DNA of 64,000 nt, taken from assembly GCA_051362555.1 (NCBI GenBank), contig CM120644.1, positions 18,250,534-18,314,533 on the forward strand, read 5' to 3'. Below the pieces are notes generated by a model that had not been told where the DNA came from, did no database searches, and worked only from the letters and a program-made list of their open reading frames with translations. The position numbers and the translations under genes are program-made. This stretch comes from Lingula anatina. Lineage: Eukaryota; Animalia; Brachiopoda. This document shows positions 54,349 through 64,000 of the stretch, piece after piece (positions within the stretch are counted from its first letter, which is position 1; each line of letters begins with the position of its first letter).

Positions 54349-55360
54349 TTAATAACGAGTACCAAAAAGGACATCAGAGGAGCTGGCCTCTTGTTCAGCC
54401 CAGTAGCCCACGAAAGCGTCTATGAACTCGTTGGTATCAATCACACCATCCTCATTCCAATCAATGACATCAAATATTTCTTGAACCTTAGCGGTGTTAC
54501 GGAAAATAGTAAGGAAGTTGGCATACTCATCTACCATCAATTTGCCATCGCAGTCGAGATCAAGCACGTTAAGCCAATCTTTTGCGTTTATGTCGATCTC
54601 TTCTCTTGTAATAGGGATTTCCGCCTCTTCAGACCGAAGCATTTCTTGAAACGTGAAGGATTTTGGATAGATAGTGTTTTCATTTAACCACCACAGGTGA
54701 AAGGCACTGTACAATATACCATTCACCGCCATGGCTCGCCAGGATGGGAGAACTTGCTGAGCTCGCTCTGTTGTTGAATCGACGAATTCATCTTCATTCA
54801 CCTTGCCATTTCCATCAACGTCCATGATATCAAAGAATTCTTTGTACTTGGAAACCCAGTGCACACTAAAGTTTCCTTTGGGGTTCTAAAATTTAACAAA
54901 ATACTAACATGACGTAGACGCGACACAACTACAAATGGCCAAACTTTGCTTATTGTTCACCCTAATTTTTTTGTTTGTTATAGCAGGACCTTACCACTTA
55001 ATCACTGCGCCAAACACAAATGACCAACTGCTTAGCGTGATTGCTCGCTGTTTGCGCTTTTCAAATTGTCCTTTGAATTTCAACCTGCCATATTATCCTG
55101 TTATATGATGGGTTCCTGAAGTATCATTTATATGCGTCACAAAATGTACTTTGTGTTTCTTATAACATGTTTAACCCCTGTCCTTTAACTGTCGTACTTT
55201 GTAGTCCCTTTGCTGTTTACAGTAGCCGTTATTCTAGCTTCCTAAGACATTCAAAAGACAATAACCATTTAGTGTCTGTACCTACCTTTACCATATTCGA
55301 ACAGCAGATAGTCTGAACGACCTTAAGAAGGAGCATAACTTTCAGATTGTTTGAGGACAT
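54349..55360 (-). CDS. Secreted SCP-like EF-hand protein, subtype A'; coding exons 55360-55286 + 54885-54349
   Basis: Exon MSSNNLKVMLLLKVVQTICCSNMVK, donor GTAGGT, acceptor TTTTAG|AAC. The 537-nt second exon has the same length as in gene A. EF loops DVDGNGKVNEDE, DLDCDGKLMVDE, DWNEDGVIDTNE. Confidence 0.87.
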
Positions 55361-55437
55361 TCTTATTTGAACTCTGTATTGTTAAGATTTCTAAAAGAAA
55401 AGTAATAAACAACTTAAACTATACTTAACAATATTAA

Positions 55438-55751
55438 AGGGATAATAACTGTTCGTTTTGGCCAAAAAATGTTCCTGGAGTAAACAACAATTTTCCCATA
55501 CTTACCAATGGCAAATGAATCCATTTTTACATTCAAAGCTAGTCCCTGTTTTTTTTTCAAAAAAAATTCTTAAGAGATTATAGCTGAGTACAGCCATTAA
55601 TGGAGGTCACGTAATCTGAAGGCAAGCTCAGATATCGGAAATAGCTATAATTGCCGTTTTTGTGGTAAAACAGAATATATTATATTTCTGTGAGTTGCTC
55701 ACAAAGTTTTTATTGTGAAATATAGATATCATACGAAGAGTTATTATCCCT
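55438..55751. mobile_element. Kolobok-like MITE upstream of the A' signal exon
   Basis: TTAA|AGGGATAATAACTGTTCGT ... ACGAAGAGTTATTATCCCT|TTGA; absent at the homologous sites 13400 and 32995. Confidence 0.65.
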
Positions 55752-56661
55752 TTGATGGAGTGTGTAATACAAATTTATATCACACCTTTCATATAAGAAA
55801 TGATTTTTGTTTCACTATAGCTAAATTTAAAATCTGTAATTAACAGTAAACAATGTCTGTATTTTGGTAGGCCTACATATGTATATGTTTACAGCACACA
55901 AGCAGTACAACATCATAAGGTATGTATCATAAACGCTTCGGAGTTCGTCGGTCAACTGAAATTCCAATGTTCGTGAACACTGGATCCTAAAGCTGTCGAA
56001 ATGACGAAAGTTGTTGACATCTAAGATGCAGACCATACCCTTCAATATGTATTTCTATTTAGCTTTACTTACCAGATGTCTGTTGTTTCTCCTAGAACCT
56101 AGTCCTATGTAATGTTTTGTTTCAGTGAACGTGGTATATTTTGAAACAATCGTTTCGCAATATTGTCTTGATGAACATTCGGGGTGAAAATTATCAGTCA
56201 CGAAGATCCCCTATTTGACATGTTACCAATCCCTTGACGCCTCCATTTTAAAAATCATACATTTGTATCACTGGAGGTAAACATCAAACTACATTTAATA
56301 CGGGCTATGAGACAAATTAGGTCATCTTGTTGTCAAACATTTGAAAATCGTTAAAGCAGATTGTCTCAGATAGATAGATAGATAGATGAATAGATAGATG
56401 AATAGACGGACAGACAGACATAAGCACAGACACACAGGCAGCCAGACACTAGCAGATGAATCATTTAATGATTTGCTTTAACTGTTTTTATAACCATGCT
56501 TAATTGTTAATACCACAGTATAAGTGATTTACGTGGTTTTCTTACTGTCAGTGTCCTAAAGCAAATTCGACATATTGGGCTGGCTTGGGGCTCTATCCAG
56601 TTTCAAGCACACCATTTCTAACATCTCGGTTTAAAGGAAAATAATAAGACTAAAGAATTAC

Positions 56662-56733
56662 CTTCACTCCTCATGAAAAATCAAAGGTTAGAACAACTGC
56701 AAGCAGCAACAGTTCATATTTTAATGGAAACAT
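56662..56733 (-). pseudogene. C-type signal exon pseudogene with an in-frame TGA; EF exon deleted
   Basis: MFPLKYELLLLAVVLTFDFS*GVK, homologous to 62657-62728. Intron homology ends ~56600. Confidence 0.75.
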
Positions 56734-58986
56734 TCTTGTTGAATGTGGGCCACAAGCGAATCCGGAATTTAAATAACACTCCTGTATACTGTATAGTCTT
56801 CTGTATACTATATTCAAATTGTATATAAATATGTTTTATTTTTCCAAATTCATTGTTATCCATTTCTAGAAGCTTTGTGTTTGTAAAATTGCCATAAATA
56901 AACATCTACGAAAAATTGTCTCTAAGCTAATCAATGCTACTTCACACAGATTACATGCAGAGACGTGATTTAGTAGCAAGCTACCTTGGCCCCTAACAGG
57001 GCCTAAAGATCACCCAATGTAAACTATATTTAAAACATAAGGGTGTAAATCACTCTCTGATTTAATAGTCCACTGGTACAGCTGACAAATCTGAACCGAC
57101 AGACTGGGAGTGAGACCGACTAAGAAAAAACCTGTCAAAAAGATGGAATTGTTTCTTGAATTGCGTAACTGCAGCAAGGGGAGCTACTGGCCGTTTCTCT
57201 GACTAGGCAGTTACTAATCATTCTTCACCCTAAAAGGTTAATTTAGAAAAAGAAACCCAGATAACGTATGCAATGGTTATTTTATTACTTAAAACAGCCA
57301 TGTACGTTTGTAATGCTTTACGTAAGGTTCCAATTTAGGAATTGAGGTCTCGTAATAGACACTGAATAATCTGTAAGAAGCTAGCAAGACATCTTGGTTT
57401 TCTTTGATAATTCAAAAATGTAGTAAGAAAAATATTTTTGAACGCAGATCCATATTAAAAGACAATTATGTTGATTACCGTATGCTGTAATTATAATATA
57501 CTGTACCAAAAGAATCCACAATAATTAATAAAACATGGTTGTCTCAGAGCTGCAAGCCGTCTAAAATTCTGTGCTACATGTTTCTACCGCTAGAAATGTG
57601 CAGCAATAAAAACATGGAAATATTCACATTTATGGCTATTCCTATATAATTTACTACTCGTGATACAATTTCATATAAATATACAATCTAAGTGCTACTA
57701 ACCATCACTTCATTTGGACACAGACTTGCAGTAATAGTACGTTTTCTAAAAAATAGTGTTTCGTACCATATGCTGATACCATACAATTTCATATAAATAT
57801 GCAATCCAAGGTTAACTACCCATCGTTTTCCTTATTTAGAATAAAGCACATAAAAACCATCAAACTGCTTTGACTACCAGTAAATCTGAAAATCATGTTT
57901 TGTAACCATGCTGATCCTTTACCTGTTAAGCTTATGCTCCGAACGCGCCGGGTGGTATCTGGTAAAAGCCTTTACTATTTCTGGTAAAAGCGATGCTTAA
58001 TTCTCATCACGAGTGAAGCAGAGTATTTCTTTATCCTTTCCGTTATTACGCATGCCCATTTTCCCAATAATTTTATTGGATAAAATCATAAATACGAAAT
58101 GAGTGTCTACGTATGTAGGTAAAGACAGACAAAAAAGTGCAGATATTTAATGTCCCTCTCTTACTTTTTGTATTTCTTCCCGTTGCTTTCAGCGCATTTG
58201 GTTTAACTAAGGTTAACTGCTATATTTATACTGTATATGTACACTATGTATTTCTGCTGATTCAATCTTTATTATATTACGATTACTTCAGGTGTAATCT
58301 ACCCCATTGCCACTTTTAATTCTTATCATTAATTCTGGGACGGGTTTTTATATGTATGTTAACATTAACGTAGCTGATAAGTTTGTCATGCGGGCTTCCA
58401 ACGATATCTTTTTGCTCTATTTATTTTATACGCCATAATACTCATGTGTTTGTAAAGGGTAAAGGACAAAGCTTTGTAAGACTAAAAAATAAAATTGTTT
58501 TTTAGCCGGTATACGTAACATGAGTTTAGCTAAATGACTTTCATTTCGTTGGTTCGAAGCTTTTCTTTAAATGTGATAGATGTTTTATAGTTGGTGTATT
58601 CATTTGACCACCACAGCTTGAAAACAGCGGACAGTACATTTAATTATACGTATGTATAGTACATAATTAGGTAATAAAATCCGAAATGCCGCCAGTCTCT
58701 GCCTTTGAGTCTGTATTCTAGCGCAATAATATAAAATAATATAATATAATATAATATAAAATAGTGCAATTCCTTTGTCGAACCTAAAACATTCAAACAA
58801 CGCAGTACTATATGGTCTCGAGATCTCCTGAGTGAGAAAACAGCGCTGTAAACAACTTCAATGGGCAATCTATACGTCATGCAGTCAGCCACCCTGGCAG
58901 CGTTTGATCCCAGGCATTGTTATTGTGGTGTGGCAGGAGTGCACGTCCTAGTAACGCAGTCCTAGGGCATACATTACTAGGATTAA

Positions 58987-60020
58987 CCCTCAAGTGACCG
59001 AGTGGGGTCATTTACGACCCCAGCCATATGATTTAATGTGCCATCTCTTTATTTTTTATTCGAATTTTCTTTCCTTGCATGAGTTTGTCAGTCTACTAAT
59101 CCTACACACTTTTACAGTTTTTTGTAGGGATCAACCAATTAGTGTGGCGTATACATCAAAAACTCTTGTGGGGTCATTTATGACCCCAAAGAGAAGCATT
59201 GGTTTTTACATATTAGTTTTTAAATTTTATTCAAATGTGTTGCCCAAGCAACACTGACAGGAAAATGTCACATGCATGTGCTTCATGCAACCAGCCAGTG
59301 TGCCTAAAACATAGGCACAAATAAGTGGTTTGAGAAGATTGTGCTTGAAGTGTTACTAATAGTACATCGCTGAATCTAATTTCAGTAGCTTTGTTGGAAC
59401 TTGTTCTCATAACTGGGTCTCTCATTTTGACGGTTACAATTTTCGGGTATTTCTGAAATCTAAATAATTCTGTCGATATCATATTATACATATATTAACA
59501 AATTGTTTCTGTGGATTTTGTTTTATACACAGCTGTGGTAGTAACATACATGTAGGTTGATTGAATGTGTTCTGAGTAGTATGACTTCCTTACCAGCATT
59601 AGTGTATTCCCTACTCAGCAAGTCAGCTAATTATTCTTATTGAAGTTAGCAGGATGCTATCTCAACATAAATCAAAATATTTTTACTCAAAGTAATTTTG
59701 TAATGTACTTTTTTCATTTAGTGTGGCAAATAAAAAGAGAAATATTTCTGCAAGTGGAAACTGACAATGACTGTCTAAATACCGGTGTAATGTTGTTCTT
59801 AAAATCTGTGCTTGGTTATTTCATGCAATAAAAGTATTATTACCAAATACTTATTACATTAGATTATTATAAAATACTTGTCTTAAATCCTGGGAGTAGT
59901 ATGGGTGTGATAAAGCCTCAACAGCCTTTTATAATAAGGATCCCTGTACAGAGCACAATGGGGTCATAGATGACCCCACTTGGTCATTTCAGTCAGTAAA
60001 ATAGCTTGGTCTCTTGAGGG
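58987..60020 (+). mobile_element. Non-autonomous piggyBac-derived element, copy 2 (1034 bp)
   Basis: TTAA at 58983-58986 and 60021-60024; near-identical to 2885-3918 with different flanks. Confidence 0.85.
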
Positions 60021-61854
60021 TTAAATGTCCGTAGGACGAAGGCTCCCAAGTAATGCAAGTCCTACGTGTAGTATTACAGATACACCCCGGTTACGGCCAC
60101 GCTGTAATACCTAGAACCCCAACTGTTCATAATTATAGTGCTGTTTTTAGCGAGAGTGGCCGGCGAGCGTAGCCGTTTGGAGCCTTGCAGTTCCCTGTCG
60201 GGAATTCCCTGTCATATATTGCCTCCATAATATTCCACCTGAACCTGCCTTTTGTTCCCACATGTGGCGGCACGCTGCGTCTTCGCATGTCCGTTTGTAG
60301 GAAAGTCGCATTTTAAGAGACGATGTTGCTTGCTTACTAGCACTACGTATTCAATTACTGAATTTGCTTTTTTTAATTTCACACACATAGAGGTAAACTT
60401 TTCTCAATGATTACCTTTTTATTCACCAACGTTTGACTGCGGTTTCTCTCTTTTATTATTGTATGCAACTGATCTATTAATTGTAATTGTACAGTACATG
60501 TAACTACACTTTTGTCCTAACTCAGTGGTTAGGAATAGGATGCTTGGACAAAAAAAACTTGCATTCAACTCAATTAGGCCTAGGTTGTGATGCTGCTATT
60601 AAGGTGTTAATCCCATCCGAGGAAACACCTATACTGAACCCTCTACCAGAAGCCCCCTAGCTGAAACAATTTCTTTTTAATCGTCAAACGATTAGTGATT
60701 TCAATGAACGTCATTGATCGAAAGCCTATGACAAAAACCGAGCCGTCTGCAATTTTGTTTTTTAAAGCGTATGTGTATTAATCATGATCTATTTTGTTAT
60801 GTTCTTTTTTTTAATGAGAGTGGTGAAGTTTAATACCATCATTTCGCAGTATTGTCGGGATGAACATCATTAGTCACACGTCTCCCCTATTTGACATGTT
60901 ACCAATCCCCTGACACCTCCATTTTTCAAAGCATACATTTGTGCCACTGGATGTAAACATCATACTCCATTTAATATGGTCTATAAGACAAAATAGGACA
61001 TCCTGTTGTCAAACATTTGAAATTCGTTAAATCAAAATGTCTCTTTTGTGATAGATAGATAGATAGATAGATAGATGAACAGACAAACAGAAATTTGGTA
61101 CATTAGATTTTGACTGGTTATGCCTTTTTCCTGTGTGGTTTGCAAGTAAATATTTTCTATCATGATTTTTCTTCTTATCTACAGGACAGTTGCACGCAAA
61201 ACAAATTTTTTCGAATACTTTCATGGATATTTTGAAAGGCCACAACAGGCCGATGGGGACGATCTTTTGAAGCAGATGGATTAATTATATAAGAGACATA
61301 CTAGTTACGCCAGTAAAAGATAGATAGATAGATAGATTAGTGTAGACACTTTGAGCGAAAATACTCGATCAGTTTACATGTGATTTCTTTATTTGTTCCA
61401 TGCTTATAATAAACACTCAACGTAAGAAATTCAGCAAATTAGCAAACTTATGTCATATTCATTAGTTTACAATTTTTACTCTCTTTTTGCGTTTTCAAGA
61501 GACTCAATCGCAATGTGAAAAACACAACGATAAAAATGTCTCGACGTTAAAATTAGGATACATACATCCTCCTTTGCTCTCACCAGTACTTATAAACTAA
61601 AATATTTTTTAATTAAAATAAATAGTTCAAAGATAAAAGAATGGAATCCATTTATTCAAATATCCAGTACACTAAATATGAGTCGAAGCAATTCAAATGC
61701 TTGAAGCATTTACTTGCAAAATTCAAATTGAATGAAAAATGATACACTTCTAAAGGGGTTAAGTTTTTTCATTAAAATTGCGACAGACATGAATAAAGCC
61801 ATCCCTAAACCAAAGTTAAATGGAAATCCATTGGCTTGTTTTGTCGTCAAATTT

Positions 61855-62728
61855 TTAATCTCGAGAGCCAAAAATATATGCAGCGGATTTGGCTGCTTGA
61901 TCATAAGTATAATCTTTTACTGCATAGGTGAACTCCTTAGCATCAATGACGTTATCACCATCGCTGTCAATGGCGCTGAAAATAACTTTATTATCCGCCG
62001 TGTTGCGAAATATATCAAGAAATTTAGAGTACTCATTTAGCGTTAACTCCTCGCTGCAGTCAAGGTCAACAATATGGAAAACATCCAGGGCCCATTCGAC
62101 TACTAGATCGCTTGTAAAGCCGACAACATTTTCTTCAGACTTAACCCAGTCCTCAAATACAATAGACGTCTTATAGTTAGTGTATTCATTCGACCACCAT
62201 GTTTGAAAGCCCATGGTCATAGCACCATAGACTGCCTTAGCTCTCCAGGATGGCAGTGCAGCACGCTCCGTCGACAAATCGATGTACTCTTCCTTCGTCA
62301 CGTTACCGTCTTCATTAACGTCAAAGATGTCAAAGAATTTTTTGTATTTCTTAAGACAATACGGAGTAAAATCTTTGTTGTTACCCTGTGCCACCTGGAT
62401 AAAAAAATGTTTATTTCATACTGAAGTGATCTCTAAAAATTAATGTTACTAAAAGGCTACATAAAAGCTAAATTGATTTGAATCAGAAACAATTCGTTAT
62501 ATAATTTTGATTACACCATTATGCTAGCCTCTCTGTGTATTGAACTGCATCATAACCTCAGCTGTCATTATAGGCTTTTGATATTTAAGAAGGCTCTCTT
62601 TCGAGCACATCATTTTAAGTCGGTTTTGAAAGAAAATTATAAGACTAAAGAATTACCTTCACTCCATATGACGAATCAAAGGTTAGAACAATTGCAAGCA
62701 GCAACAGTCCAAATTTGATGGAAAACAT
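61855..62728 (-). CDS. Secreted SCP-like EF-hand protein, subtype C2; coding exons 62728-62657 + 62394-61855
   Basis: Exon MFSIKFGLLLLAIVLTFDSSYGVK, donor GTAATT, acceptor ATCCAG|GTG, in frame with ORF 61855..62394. EF loops DVNEDGNVTKEE, DLDCSEELTLNE, DSDGDNVIDAKE. Confidence 0.9.
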
Positions 62729-64000
62729 TTTTAATTGAATTTGGGTCACACGCTTACCTGTTATTTAAAAAATAAAAAAATCAAAATAACAAAATATGAA
62801 TAACACGCTGTTCTGAATTCAAATATAATATTATATATTCAAATTATATATAAACATACATTATTTTCCCAAAGCTTTGTATTTGTAAAATCGCCATAAA
62901 TGAACGTCTGCGATAAATTACATTATATCTCTAAGCTAATCAATGCTCACACAGATTACTTGCAGAAACATGTGATTATAACCACCTAGCTACCTTGGCC
63001 CCTAATGGACACCCAAGATCCCCTGATGTAAACTATATTACAAACACGAGGGGATAAATCACTCTCTGATTTAATAGTCCACTGGTACAAATAACAAATC
63101 TGAACGGATAAAGACTGGGAGTAAGACTGACTAGGAGAAAACCTGCCAGAAAGATGGTATTGTCTCTTGAAGAGCGTAACTGCAGCAAGGGGAGTTACTG
63201 GCCCTTTCTCTGACTAGGCAGTTAGTAATCAATTTTCACCCTAAGAGGTTAATTTGAAAAATTAAGAAACCCAGATAACGTATGCAACGGCCATTTTATT
63301 ACTTAAAACAGCCATGTACTTTTGTAATGCTTTACTTACGATTTGAATTCAGGAATCAAAGTCTCGAAATAGGCACTAAATAATCTGTTAGAAGCTAACA
63401 AGACATCCTGGTTTTCTTTGATAATTCAGAAAAGCAGTAAGAAAAATATCTTTGAAAACAGGTCCTTATTAAAGGACAATTCTGTTGTTTACCGTGTGTT
63501 GAAATTGTAATATAGTGTACCAAAACAATCCACAATAATTAAAAAAACCCGAACATGTCTCAGAGCTGCAAGCCGTCTAAAATTCCGTGCAACATGTTTC
63601 TACCGCTAGAAATGTGCAGCAATAAAAAACATGGTAATATTTGTGGCCAATCCTGTATAATTTAACAACTCGTGATAAAATGTCATATGAATATGCAATC
63701 TTACTTCAACTACCCAACACGTCTTCATTTGGACACAGACTTGCAGTAATAATATGTTTTCTGAAAATCGTGTTTCGTACCATATGCTGATACCATACAA
63801 TTTCATATAAATATGCAATTCAAGGTCAACTACCCATCGTTTTCTTCATTTGGACACAGACTTAATTCTCTTCAAAATTATCCGAATAAAGTACATAGAG
63901 GCCATCAAACTGCTCTGTCTACCACTAAACTGTACCAATTCATTGTTTCAACTCAAAGTAGAAATACATGCAGTATTAGTACTTTTATCTGAAAATCATA

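Larger units (their letters stand above)
36810..58445. repeat. Right arm of the large imperfect inverted duplication
   Basis: Colinear reverse-complement homology to ~11183-32200, interrupted by arm-specific insertions. Confidence 0.85.

Overview
AT-rich animal (invertebrate-type) genomic DNA with GT-AG introns, microsatellites and many DNA-transposon/LINE relics; not prokaryotic. The window holds a cluster of six apparently intact genes for small EF-hand proteins of the sarcoplasmic Ca2+-binding protein (SCP)/calexcitin/aequorin fold. They fall into three subtypes (A, B, C). Each gene has a short upstream exon, missed by the ORF track, encoding an N-terminal hydrophobic signal peptide, so these look like secreted SCP-like proteins, whereas the family is normally cytosolic. 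Two STELLO/DUF288-like type II membrane glycosyltransferase genes sit inside the cluster. Most of the window (~11.2-58.4 kb) is one large imperfect inverted duplication: A>, B>, <STL, spacer with <C, STL>, <B', <A'. Four orphan or pseudogenised signal exons record birth-and-death turnover. Mobile elements include a Ginger1-like transposon with a CCGG TSD 5 bp past a stop codon, two near-identical piggyBac-derived elements, a CCC-ended foldback element, several Tc1 relics, an L1/Tx1-type LINE relic, a tRNA-derived SINE and several MITEs. All family assignments come from motif recognition by eye, not database searches.
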